Positions 24,756 through 33,145 of a stretch of DNA of 44,975 bases are shown piece by piece (within the stretch, counting starts at the first letter, position 1; every line of letters begins with the position of its first letter). A program made the position numbers and the translations under genes. This DNA comes from a virus. The stretch is from the IMG/VR virus record IMGVR_UViG_3300031539_000078, positions 1-44,975 of that record; one strand, written 5' to 3'. The notes beneath the pieces were generated by a model. The model searched no databases and was not told the origin of the DNA. It saw nothing but the letters and a program-made list of their open reading frames with translations.

Positions 24756-24970
24756 AGGTGATAAAGGAAATAGATATACCAGAAGGGTTGTATTGTGATG
24801 ATTGCCCTTGTTTCCTTGAGCAGTTAGATTCCTACTCATACGAAGAATCCCACAACTGGTGTTTCTATCTGGGGCGAAAGTTAAACAATGAGATTCCTTT
24901 GGATGACAAGAAAACAAAGAAACCAAGGAAATGTCCAGCTTTTGAATTAAGACAGGAGGTGCCGAAATGA
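24752..24970 (+). CDS. Small Cys-rich protein
   Basis: ATG 24752 (ATGA overlap). CDDCPCF...WCF...KCP. Confidence 0.45.
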   Translation: MKVIKEIDIPEGLYCDDCPCFLEQLDSYSYEESHNWCFYLGRKLNNEIPLDDKKTKKPRKCPAFELRQEVPK

Positions 24971-25269
24971 CAAGGGAAGATCAGGACAACTTCGCTGGAT
25001 ACAAGGAACTTATCATAGGGATAAACGGGAGGGGAGGAATATTTAGGCAATTGGTAAAGGATTGGATTGACCCTACTAATATTAAATCAGATGGCGATGA
25101 CCTTCCCGAAGCCAATCATGCCGAGATTATTGAATTTCTTAATTCAGATACCTTTGACTTGTTTTGGGCTTGCTTCGATACTAATTTAACTGGCGATGAA
25201 GCCTCTAAAATTTTCTATAACAAGTTGCGTGCCATGCCATTTATAGGGCAAGTACGGGCATTTGGTTAA
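24967..25269 (+). CDS. Hypothetical protein
   Basis: 100-aa track ORF with SD AGGAGGTG. Confidence 0.55.
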   Translation: MTREDQDNFAGYKELIIGINGRGGIFRQLVKDWIDPTNIKSDGDDLPEANHAEIIEFLNSDTFDLFWACFDTNLTGDEASKIFYNKLRAMPFIGQVRAFG

Positions 25270-25286
25270 GAGATAAGGGGGTATAG

Positions 25287-25571
25287 ATGGAAGCTAAAGA
25301 TACAGTAATGAGTAAAGAAGAACAGACAAAAATCAATAGTGATATGCCGTCAGATGCTAAATATGGTGAGGTATTCCAGTCTATCGCCAAAGCCCAAGCT
25401 GAAATCACAGGCAGGATTATGAAGCAAGAGGGGATAAAGGAAATGGTGGAGTGGGTAAAGGAATATGACAGACTTAATAACTTATTCCTCTATACTCCTC
25501 GTACCTTCAAAGAGAAGTGGCAAGCCCAACTCAAGAAATGGGGGATAGATAGGGAAGTAAAAGATGAATGA
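25287..25571 (+). CDS. Hypothetical protein (C-terminus WGIDREVKDE)
   Basis: 94-aa track ORF with a G-rich SD. Confidence 0.5.
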   Translation: MEAKDTVMSKEEQTKINSDMPSDAKYGEVFQSIAKAQAEITGRIMKQEGIKEMVEWVKEYDRLNNLFLYTPRTFKEKWQAQLKKWGIDREVKDE

Positions 25572-25866
25572 AATAAAAGGCAGGGTAATATGCAAAATAG
25601 CCGAGATACTTTCAGAGATGGATACTGATAATCCAGATGAGGGTATAAAAGTGATTGAGAAAATCGTGGCTATCCCTGAAATAGCAATAGTGGATAGGGA
25701 GGCTGGCTTGCCTGATATATCTAGATTCAGTGATAGATATTGGGAGATATTTCATCCCTCTACTAGATTCGGTGCAAAGGAAGCACAACAAGATATGCTC
25801 AAAGCTGGCTGGGTAAAGGAAGTAAAAGAGGAAAAACCGTTCCATTTTGGGTGTGCAGAATTATGA
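25564..25866 (+). CDS. Hypothetical protein, VDRE...KAGWVKEVKE family member 2
   Basis: EIAIVDREAGLPD...MLKAGWVKEVKEE. Confidence 0.55.
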   Translation: MNEIKGRVICKIAEILSEMDTDNPDEGIKVIEKIVAIPEIAIVDREAGLPDISRFSDRYWEIFHPSTRFGAKEAQQDMLKAGWVKEVKEEKPFHFGCAEL

Positions 25867-26360
25867 TTACTACACAGCAGAAAAAAGAAGAACTCTATAG
25901 CATTGTGGATAGATTAGTAGATAAAGGGTTGTTGGGTGGTGGACTTATCAGGGCTGAAAGAGAGGAACTTGCTACTGCACAGAATGAACTAGAGTCAATT
26001 AGATTGCTTGAGTCAGTGGAGGAAGCCAAGAAAGCAAAGGAAACGAAGAAGCGGATCAGGAAGGTTAATAAGCGATTCAAGCGAGACGAGGATTGGGTGA
26101 ATGAGCAATTAGGGCTTAAGCGTGAAGGACACATGAAGCGGGGAATCGCCTGTGCTGACGGAGTTAGTGATATGTTTTCCGTTGATGTTACAAGAACGAA
26201 AGAGAAACTAGTATTTATCCGCAAAGAAATGGCAGATGCTAAAGCTCATGCTACTAATACCCGAACCCCCATTGTGGTTATATTTCAAGATGATTATGAG
26301 CGGAAACACGGTATAGTTGCAATGGAGTTTCAGGATTTCAAAGACTTACATGGTAAATAA
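25863..26360 (+). CDS. Hypothetical protein with Lys/Glu-rich coiled-coil segment
   Basis: ATG 25863 (ATGA overlap). 165 aa. Confidence 0.5.
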   Translation: MITTQQKKEELYSIVDRLVDKGLLGGGLIRAEREELATAQNELESIRLLESVEEAKKAKETKKRIRKVNKRFKRDEDWVNEQLGLKREGHMKRGIACADGVSDMFSVDVTRTKEKLVFIRKEMADAKAHATNTRTPIVVIFQDDYERKHGIVAMEFQDFKDLHGK

Positions 26361-26371
26361 GGGAGGAAAAT

Positions 26372-26536
26372 ATGAGAGAGATAAAGCAGGAAGCAGAGAA
26401 ATGCCCAGAGGCAAAGCATTATGAGCCTTTTTCTTGGTGTAATGTATCTGACAATATCTGCATAAGAAACACAGGCAATGCGAAGTTTGATGTAGCTTGT
26501 GAATATTATGATGAATTCTTGGAGGAGATGAAATGA
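26372..26536 (+). CDS. Small Cys-containing protein (54 aa) starting MREIK
   Basis: Not in the track. SD GGGAGG. ATGA overlap with the YopX gene. Confidence 0.4.
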   Translation: MREIKQEAEKCPEAKHYEPFSWCNVSDNICIRNTGNAKFDVACEYYDEFLEEMK

Positions 26537-26955
26537 GAGAGATTAAATTCAGAGCTTGGGTTGATAGAAGCGGGTATGAGAAATTAAGTGAAATGGTCTA
26601 TAAGGGTGGCTTTAATAATTACGAAATTACATTAGATGGAAGAGTTCACTTCTACCAAAATTGCCCAGATGGTGAATTTGGCACGGATTACTATGTAATT
26701 GGGAAAGATATAATCCTTATGCAATACACAGGACTCAAAGATAAGAATGGCGTGGAGATTTTTTCGGGGGATAGAGTCAGATGTTATGGGGGTACAAACT
26801 ATCATGGGCAGTATGAGTGGGACGAAACTATAACTGTAGAGATTGGTGGAGATTGCTTACTAATGCTTGAACACGCTGAGTTTTTGGAAGTCATCGGCAA
26901 TGTATGGGAAAACAGGGAGTTATTAAGTGATAATAAAGAAACAAAAACCAATTGA
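26533..26955 (+). CDS. YopX family protein
   Basis: MREIKFRAW....MQYTGLKDKNGVEIFSGDRV is the YopX signature from memory. Confidence 0.75.
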   Translation: MREIKFRAWVDRSGYEKLSEMVYKGGFNNYEITLDGRVHFYQNCPDGEFGTDYYVIGKDIILMQYTGLKDKNGVEIFSGDRVRCYGGTNYHGQYEWDETITVEIGGDCLLMLEHAEFLEVIGNVWENRELLSDNKETKTN

Positions 26956-27355
26956 ATTTATCAACCAATGTGCTTGTCAGGTTGATTATTGCGAATTAGA
27001 GCGGGCAATAAGATGGTTTAGCACAAAACCCACAGCGAGGCTAAAGACTATTTATCTTTATGGCAAGTATCCCGCCGTAAGTATTTATGAACAAAAAATT
27101 CACATTCACAGATTGCTAATGATGTATTGGGTGAAGCGAGATTTAGACAGAAAAGAATATGTCCATCATAAAGATGGGAACAGATTGAACGCATTACAGA
27201 TGAATCTGGAAATTATATTGGCAGGTGAACATCAGCGAAATACCAACATTGGTAGACAACAGACGCCTGAACATATTGCAAAAAGAATTGATATAGCAAC
27301 ACAGACTCGTTATGGTCATTCAATCTATGAGAATGCTGAATTAAAAGGAGAATAA
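26927..27355 (+). CDS. HNH endonuclease (divergent)
   Basis: HIHRLLM....YVHHKDGNRLNALQMNLEIILAGEHQRN. Confidence 0.6.
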   Translation: MIIKKQKPIEFINQCACQVDYCELERAIRWFSTKPTARLKTIYLYGKYPAVSIYEQKIHIHRLLMMYWVKRDLDRKEYVHHKDGNRLNALQMNLEIILAGEHQRNTNIGRQQTPEHIAKRIDIATQTRYGHSIYENAELKGE

Positions 27356-27357
27356 AC

Positions 27358-27393
27358 TGGCTCTGCTATGAGTTAGGCAACCCAGCAGAGCCA
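27358..27393 (+). other. 10-bp perfect stem-loop after the HNH gene
   Basis: tggctctgct-16 nt-agcagagcca. Confidence 0.6.
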
Positions 27394-27441
27394 ATGGGCA
27401 CAGGGAGACTAAACCCATACCCATTTTGATTATAACAGGAA

Positions 27442-27624
27442 ATGGCAACACTTTGGGACACTCTTTCGGAAGAGAATAAGGAAAAGGTGAGGGCTTTTAT
27501 GCCTAAAGGATGGAAACCACCAACCTCTAAAGACAAGAAGGTTGAGATAGAGAGTTTGTCGGAGCTTGCCTATATCATGAGTCAAAAACCAGGGTCGAAA
27601 AGGAAGAGGAAGAATGGCATATAA
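27442..27624 (+). CDS. Hypothetical small basic protein
   Basis: 60-aa track ORF with no SD. Confidence 0.4.
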   Translation: MATLWDTLSEENKEKVRAFMPKGWKPPTSKDKKVEIESLSELAYIMSQKPGSKRKRKNGI

Positions 27625-28048
27625 CCAAGATATTTTACCAGATGGCACAGCGGTTGAATGGTTTTCGCCTAGAGAATGTATCTTTGATAGCCAGCAGGTA
27701 AAGTGGATTTTGGTTCATTTAGAGCTGTTAAAAGCGGGTTATTGGCCTCCCGATCCCAGTGGGCGGGAAGGTATTAAAACCCATAAGAAAACAAAGCGAG
27801 CTTATTTTGAAGTGCCGGTGGAAATTGCGACAGAAGTAGAAGTAAGGCTAGAGGAAACAGGGCGAGATGGATTGCTTTGTTTAACATTTTATCACGGCAA
27901 TATCGGTCAAGATAAAATCGCTCATTATGGAGCAATGCCAGTTGAGGAAGTAGGTGAGCGGATTAGCCGAGTTATCAGGTATATCTCCGGCTGGAATCGC
28001 AAGCGAAGAACTTATGAGGAGTTTGTGAAACATAAGAAAAGGAGGTGA
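27614..28048 (+). CDS. Putative HTH transcription regulator (sigma region-4-like), YISGW.RK.RT family member 1
   Basis: IAHYGAMPVEEVGERISRVIRYISGWNRKRRTYEEF. Paralogous over ~90 aa to the N-domain of 33146-33766. Confidence 0.45.
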   Translation: MAYNQDILPDGTAVEWFSPRECIFDSQQVKWILVHLELLKAGYWPPDPSGREGIKTHKKTKRAYFEVPVEIATEVEVRLEETGRDGLLCLTFYHGNIGQDKIAHYGAMPVEEVGERISRVIRYISGWNRKRRTYEEFVKHKKRR

Positions 28049-28138
28049 TGTGCAATGAACCCAGAGTTTAATACTACTCCTGGGCTTATAGAAACGCTGG
28101 GGGCTAATCCGAGCCAGGATAAATAACGAGATTAGAAT

Positions 28139-28167
28139 TTGCTTGCTGGGGGCGTGTGTGTTATAAT
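28139..28167 (+). promoter_or_regulatory. Sigma70-type promoter (TTGCTT-17-TATAAT); ATG 28174 lies 6 nt after the -10
   Basis: Read directly. Confidence 0.5.
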
Positions 28168-28620
28168 ATGGCTATGAAAAAAGAAATTATTGTTTATTTG
28201 GCTGGCATTATTGATGGAGAAGGAAGTATCAGGATAGAGCTAGAAAAGGGAAAGAAACGGCAAAGACCTGATTATTATCGTCTGCGTTTATCTGTTAGTA
28301 ATACTTATTATGGACTAATGGAATGGCTAACAGAACATTTTATTGGTTCATTTATCAAGGAGAAAAAAAGAGTAGGGAACTTAAAACAAGTATACCAATG
28401 GGAGATTAAAGCACCGAAACGAGTAGCACAAATTGTCAGGTTGATTTATCCATATCTAATAGTAAAAAAGCGACAGGCAGAAATTGCCTTTGAGTTAGCG
28501 GAGATAATGGGGAAAACTCGGCATAAGTATAGTTCTGAAGAACGGCAAAGAATCAGATTGCTTTACGAGCAAATGAGAATAGCTAATCAAAGAGGGCGAG
28601 CCAGCATAAAGAACGAGTGA
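28156..28620 (+). CDS. LAGLIDADG homing endonuclease, paralog 2 (start ambiguous: GTG 28156, ATG 28168 or ATG 28174)
   Basis: VYLAGIIDGEGSIRI motif. LIYPYLIVKKRQAEI parallels LIYPYLKLKKPQADI of paralog 1. Confidence 0.8.
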   Translation: MCYNMAMKKEIIVYLAGIIDGEGSIRIELEKGKKRQRPDYYRLRLSVSNTYYGLMEWLTEHFIGSFIKEKKRVGNLKQVYQWEIKAPKRVAQIVRLIYPYLIVKKRQAEIAFELAEIMGKTRHKYSSEERQRIRLLYEQMRIANQRGRASIKNE

Positions 28621-28640
28621 GAATAAATAAAGGAGAAGAG

Positions 28641-28997
28641 ATGACTAAACAGGAAGAGATAAGGGAGAAATGTTCAAGGTGTGGTCAGGAGATACCGAGG
28701 GTAAAATGTTCAAGTTGCGGACAAGAAATACCAATAAAATTCTGTCCTCTCCTAGAGACCGATTGCATGAAGGGAAATAACTTGCCCTGTAGAGAGTATT
28801 TGTCACCAGAATGTACAAATGAACCCCATGACCTTAATTTGGATTCACCAGAAAAGCGATGTGGGACTTGTAAAAACACATATCGTCAACAAGGTGGGAT
28901 TAAAGGCATAACCTTTATGGCGTGTAACATTACAGGGGCAATGGTTCTACCTATTCAATCATGTTATAAACCTAAAAAATGGTGGGAGGCTAAATAA
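28641..28997 (+). CDS. Cys-rich multi-zinc-ribbon protein
   Basis: ATG 28641 with SD AAGGAGAAG. CSRCGQEIP..KCSSCGQEIP duplicated ribbon, followed by further Cys pairs. Confidence 0.5.
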   Translation: MTKQEEIREKCSRCGQEIPRVKCSSCGQEIPIKFCPLLETDCMKGNNLPCREYLSPECTNEPHDLNLDSPEKRCGTCKNTYRQQGGIKGITFMACNITGAMVLPIQSCYKPKKWWEAK

Positions 28998-29311
28998 TGG
29001 CAACTAGAGAAGAGATAAGGGAAAAGCAGGATAAGATATTAAACCTAGTTAAGGCTTGGGCTGTAATACCCCACCCTTATGAAGGTCGAGATGCCGAGAG
29101 TCTGCTGTATGTATTATCTAAAGAGGAAGGTGTAGTGATAAAGGTGGATAGGGAATTGCCACCAATACATCAAGACCCTTTCAAATACGATGATGAGGCT
29201 GTCACTGCATCTATTGAAACACAGGGAATAATGCTTAAGGCTGGCTATGTAGCAATTGAGCCGTTGATAGAAAAGGTAGAAGATGAAAACAGTAGTACCG
29301 CGAAGCAGTAA
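28997..29311 (+). CDS. Hypothetical protein, VDRE...LKAGYV family member 3
   Basis: VVIKVDRELPP......MLKAGYVAIEPLIE. Confidence 0.5.
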   Translation: MATREEIREKQDKILNLVKAWAVIPHPYEGRDAESLLYVLSKEEGVVIKVDRELPPIHQDPFKYDDEAVTASIETQGIMLKAGYVAIEPLIEKVEDENSSTAKQ

Positions 29312-29462
29312 TGGGCGACCATTGAAGTGGTGCCACAACTGCAAAGACACCGAAGAGGTTATTGTTTATGGAGAGCAGGTCTTCTTATGTTTGGGATGTA
29401 GGGAAATAATTGACTATGACCGGCATTTGCAGAGTGTTCCCAGGATTAGCGATGAGTATTGA
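29283..29462 (+). CDS. Small zinc-ribbon protein (59 aa)
   Basis: Not in the track. CHNC....CLGC. TGATG overlap with the dcm start. Confidence 0.4.
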   Translation: MKTVVPRSSNGRPLKWCHNCKDTEEVIVYGEQVFLCLGCREIIDYDRHLQSVPRISDEY

Positions 29463-30454
29463 TGGAATTTATAGATATGTTCTGCGGGATAGGAGGAGTC
29501 AGACTTGGACTTGATAAGAGTAACAGGCAACAGCAAGAAAACCCAGAGGTTGGTGGATGTGGAGATAGTATCAGCAATAAAGGGAAGCAACCAAGCGAAT
29601 CCGAGAAGTGGGGGAACTACACTTGTATTTGGGCAAACGACAACGACAAATATGCCTGTCAAATCTACCGAAGACATTGGAATGATGGAACGCTCCAAGA
29701 AGGAGACATTAGAGCAATTGACGCTGATTCCATACCAGAACACGACCTCCTCTGTGCGGGATTTCCTTGCCAAAGCTTCTCAATCGCTGGGAAGCGAAGA
29801 GGATTCCAGGATACTAGAGGGACACTCTTCTTTGAGATATGCCGAGTGCTATGGGCTAAGAGACCTAGCTATCTACTCCTTGAGAATGTCAAAGGATTGC
29901 TCTCGGATGGCGATGGTAGAACCTTTCAAACCATTCTTAAATCATTGGATGAACTGGGGTATGACTGCCAATGGCAAGTGCTTAACAGCAAGAACTTCAG
30001 AGTCCCACAAAACAGGGAAAGGGTGTTCATTATCGGACATCTTAGAGGAAAACCCAGACTCAAAGTATTTCCTATCGGAGAAGACAATCAACAGGGTGAA
30101 TCGGAGAATAAAATCGGGGTGGTGCAGTCCGAATATGTTGCCGGCTGTATCCAAGAAGGAATGGATAGAAGATTGGGATTAGATGGGAGTATTACTTTCG
30201 TGGCAAATGCAGTTGATGTAGATGGCTACTTGCGAACAGGTGCAAGGCCGAGAGATGAAAACGGTAAACCTCAATTGTTACCTATCGGATACAGGAGGAT
30301 AAGACGTTTAACTCCCCTTGAATGTGAACGCTTACAGAGCTTCCCCGATGGCTGGACTGAAGGAATATCAGACACCCAGAGATATAAATGCCTCGGCAAT
30401 GCAGTAACAGTCAATGTAATTGAGGCAATAGGTAGGCAAATCAATGAGTATTAA
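29462..30454 (+). CDS. dcm: DNA (cytosine-5)-methyltransferase
   Basis: Motif I FCGIGG, motif IV GFPCQSFS, ENV (LLENVKGL), motif VIII QNRERVF, motif IX RRLTPLECERLQSFPDGW, motif X GNAVTVNV. Confidence 0.9.
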   Translation: MEFIDMFCGIGGVRLGLDKSNRQQQENPEVGGCGDSISNKGKQPSESEKWGNYTCIWANDNDKYACQIYRRHWNDGTLQEGDIRAIDADSIPEHDLLCAGFPCQSFSIAGKRRGFQDTRGTLFFEICRVLWAKRPSYLLLENVKGLLSDGDGRTFQTILKSLDELGYDCQWQVLNSKNFRVPQNRERVFIIGHLRGKPRLKVFPIGEDNQQGESENKIGVVQSEYVAGCIQEGMDRRLGLDGSITFVANAVDVDGYLRTGARPRDENGKPQLLPIGYRRIRRLTPLECERLQSFPDGWTEGISDTQRYKCLGNAVTVNVIEAIGRQINEY

Positions 30455-30743
30455 TCCTTATACAGAATTAGTAGAGCAATCCAAGAAGAGCGGAGACCCT
30501 CACGCTACATACATTTACGAGCAGAAGGCAGAAGCTTATGGTGAAGCGTTAGCAACCGCTCAAGAAACGGTGCATATACTCCAAAAACGGATTGATGATA
30601 TAGAGAAAGCAGAGAAGGTTCATTATAGAGAATCTAGGAAGGAGATTAAGGAGATCAAACAGCAAATAATTCAATTTGAGAAAGATTGGATTTTGCCAAT
30701 CATAAGGGGGAATAACAATGCAGGAAATAATAAACAAGCTTAG
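30444..30743 (+). CDS. Hypothetical coiled-coil protein
   Basis: 99-aa track ORF. Confidence 0.45.
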   Translation: MSINPYTELVEQSKKSGDPHATYIYEQKAEAYGEALATAQETVHILQKRIDDIEKAEKVHYRESRKEIKEIKQQIIQFEKDWILPIIRGNNNAGNNKQA

Positions 30744-31068
30744 GGAATTATTCCCAGATGGTGATCCAGAATTTGTTGAGCTGGCAATCAAGGAAATGGA
30801 TTTATATTCACGCAAGAACCACGATTACTCTGGGAACGAGTTACCGTTTGGCAACTTCCAGCGTGTGGCTTGCATACTATCACTTTATCCTGGGCTTGAA
30901 GTCTCAGATAGCGTAGTGGTCTCGCTCATTTATCTATTGAAACAGCTAGATGCAGTATTGCGACTGAAAGCCTCAAAGACCGCGGCAAAGGTTGAAGGGA
31001 TTGATTCTCGCCTAGCTGATATTGGGGTTTATGCCAAGATCGCCCGAATTATGGAGGCTAGGAAATGA
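30718..31068 (+). CDS. DUF1599-like / all-alpha NTP-pyrophosphohydrolase-like (MazG/dUTPase superfamily) protein
   Basis: YSRKNHDYSG...LKQLDAVLRLK......GIDSRLADIGVYAKIA resembles the DUF1599 pattern from memory. Confidence 0.4.
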   Translation: MQEIINKLRELFPDGDPEFVELAIKEMDLYSRKNHDYSGNELPFGNFQRVACILSLYPGLEVSDSVVVSLIYLLKQLDAVLRLKASKTAAKVEGIDSRLADIGVYAKIARIMEARK

Positions 31069-31259
31069 TTGGATATGTTACTGGCTTAATTGGTTGCTGG
31101 ATTTTGAGCGATGCAGTTTACAGCATTACTTTATATCTTAATGCACCGAGCCATGATGGATTACCGAGACAAACTTGGAAACATGACCATTGGGTTAGGC
31201 TTCTAAGGGGCATTCTAGGAGCTACGCTAATTTATTTCGGGGCGATCCTGTTTGGGTGA
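31065..31259 (+). CDS. Small 2-TM membrane protein
   Basis: 64-aa track ORF with hydrophobic N- and C-terminal helices. Confidence 0.5.
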   Translation: MIGYVTGLIGCWILSDAVYSITLYLNAPSHDGLPRQTWKHDHWVRLLRGILGATLIYFGAILFG

Positions 31260-31278
31260 ATGTTAAGGATGAAAAAGA

Positions 31279-31518
31279 ATGAAAACAGCAACCTATAATC
31301 TAATTGGTGGAGGCACAAAGACAATAGAATATGATGAAAATGCTCCGTGCATAATTTGTGGTGAGCCAGTTATAGAGGCATCAATGGGCGGAACTGTAGT
31401 CTGCCCTGCATGCGACTGTGGAATATGCCGTTATTGTGGAGTTCAATTACCAATAGGGAAGAAAGCTATCAAGGAACATATGGCGTGGCACAAGAAGGAT
31501 GATGCAACTAAAGTTTAA
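31279..31518 (+). CDS. Small zinc-binding protein
   Basis: CIICGE....CPACDCGICRYCG. Confidence 0.5.
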   Translation: MKTATYNLIGGGTKTIEYDENAPCIICGEPVIEASMGGTVVCPACDCGICRYCGVQLPIGKKAIKEHMAWHKKDDATKV

Positions 31519-31524
31519 GCGTTG

Positions 31525-32847
31525 ATGAAACCTTATTTTCAGGTCAATTTGGGGACAATCTACTGTGGGGATGCTCGCAATATGTCAGAAGTTCCCAATG
31601 AATGTGTGCAAATGGTTTGTACTTCGCCTCCCTACTGGGGCTTAAGGAAGTATGAGGGAGACCAGGAGTTGATATGGGGAGATAAGGATTGCGAGCATGA
31701 GTGGCAAATGAAGGAGGGGAAATATCTAAACATGGTGAATGCTGGTGAAGCTAATCGTCCCTGGCAAGAGCAAGCTAGTGGTAAGTTACCAGATAGTGGC
31801 TTCTGCTCCCTCTGTAATGCCTGGAAGGGTGCTTTTGGCTTAGAACCCACTCCCGAGCTGTATGTCCAGCACACGATAGAGATATTAAGAGAAGTCAGGC
31901 GAGTATTAAGGAAGGATGGAGTTTGTTTTTGGAATATTGGGGATAGCTATGGCAGCAGTGGAGGCTTTGATAAACAAGATTGGAATAGGGGGATCGGTGG
32001 TAAATCTATGCATCTTGGTAGAGCGAAAAGTCAAGGCATTCTCAAGCCCAAAGACCTCTGCCTAATTCCCTTCCGTATAGCAATAGCAGCACAACAAGAT
32101 GGTTGGTGGGTGAGGTCGGTAATTATCTGGAATAAGCCCAATCCTATGCCGGAAAGTGTAACTGATAGACCAACAAATAGCTATGAGTTTATCCTGATGC
32201 TAACGAAATCCAAGAAGTATTATTGGGATGCGGATGCGGTGAGAGAGAGTTATCAACCTAGCTCGCTTGAAAGAATTAAATATCCATTAACAGGATCCAA
32301 ACAAGGTGATAAATCATGGGCCGTAAATAATGAAAATTGGGCAGATAGGTTCTCATCTATTGGCCGTAATCTCCGAGATGTCTGGACATTCCCAACACAG
32401 CCTTATCCTGAAGCCCATTTTGCTGTCTTTCCCGAGAAGTTACCCGAATTATGTATTAAGGCAGCCACAAGCGAGAAGGGATGCTGCCCTAAGTGTGGTG
32501 CTCCTTGGGCGAGAGTAACAAAAAGAGAAAGTTATGATACTGAGGGTTGGGCCCCTGCTAAAAAAGACCCACATAAAGAACTATATGGAAGTCAAAGTTT
32601 TAATCGCGTAGAGGGTAAGAATGTTTGCGGGAAGGTTAAAGTTGAAACCCTCGGCTGGCGACCTACCTGTAATTGTGGATTAGAGCCAGTTCCTTGTGTC
32701 GTGATGGATAACTTCTGTGGCACCGGCACGACATTATGGGAAGCCAAGAAATTAGGAAGGCGCGGTATTGGCTACGATATATCAAAAGCATATTGCCAAT
32801 TAGCAGTAGAAAGAAATAGGCAAATGGTTATGGAGTATAAAGGATGA
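31525..32847 (+). CDS. Beta-class amino DNA methyltransferase (N4-cytosine or N6-adenine; SPPY motif) with Cys-rich insert
   Basis: Motif IV TSPPYWGLRKY is N-terminal and motif I DNFCGTGTT is C-terminal. Inserted CCPKCGAPW...CNCG. Confidence 0.85.
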   Translation: MKPYFQVNLGTIYCGDARNMSEVPNECVQMVCTSPPYWGLRKYEGDQELIWGDKDCEHEWQMKEGKYLNMVNAGEANRPWQEQASGKLPDSGFCSLCNAWKGAFGLEPTPELYVQHTIEILREVRRVLRKDGVCFWNIGDSYGSSGGFDKQDWNRGIGGKSMHLGRAKSQGILKPKDLCLIPFRIAIAAQQDGWWVRSVIIWNKPNPMPESVTDRPTNSYEFILMLTKSKKYYWDADAVRESYQPSSLERIKYPLTGSKQGDKSWAVNNENWADRFSSIGRNLRDVWTFPTQPYPEAHFAVFPEKLPELCIKAATSEKGCCPKCGAPWARVTKRESYDTEGWAPAKKDPHKELYGSQSFNRVEGKNVCGKVKVETLGWRPTCNCGLEPVPCVVMDNFCGTGTTLWEAKKLGRRGIGYDISKAYCQLAVERNRQMVMEYKG

Positions 32848-33080
32848 TAAGTAAACATAAACATAATTTATTAACAAAATGCTGTAAGAATTGGGATGAG
32901 TATGTGGCTGGTAAAATGGGAGTTGATAGTTACAATATTGATTGTTCTTGGGGCTGTTATTTTTTTCTAAACTTAGAAGGAAGTGGGGATTGGGGTATTT
33001 GCTGTAACCCAGAATCGCCTAGAGCTGGTTTACTTACATGGGAACATCAGGGCTGTGCTGGTTATTTCCAAGAGGAATAA
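32844..33080 (+). CDS. Small Cys/His-rich protein (DUF3027-like pattern)
   Basis: CSWGCYFFLNLEGSGDWGICCNPESPRAGLLTWEHQGCAGY. Confidence 0.4.
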   Translation: MISKHKHNLLTKCCKNWDEYVAGKMGVDSYNIDCSWGCYFFLNLEGSGDWGICCNPESPRAGLLTWEHQGCAGYFQEE

Positions 33081-33145
33081 CAGATGGTTATGGGGATTAG
33101 TTTGATGCCAAAATGTGCGATGCTCGAAGCTAAGGGGGCAAAAGA

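Noticed and set aside
29505-30182. 225-codon alternative-frame ORF inside the C5 methyltransferase gene; its C-terminal part reads SLSDILEENPDSKYFLSEKTINRV, reminiscent of a segment seen after motif VIII in some Dcm-type enzymes
   Set aside because: The 29462 frame carries motifs I to X contiguously, so it is the functional frame. The rest of the alternative frame looks like noise and lacks a start context. The resemblance is from memory only and may be coincidental or a trace of ancestral frame-shifting. It could be settled by an HMM scan of both frames.
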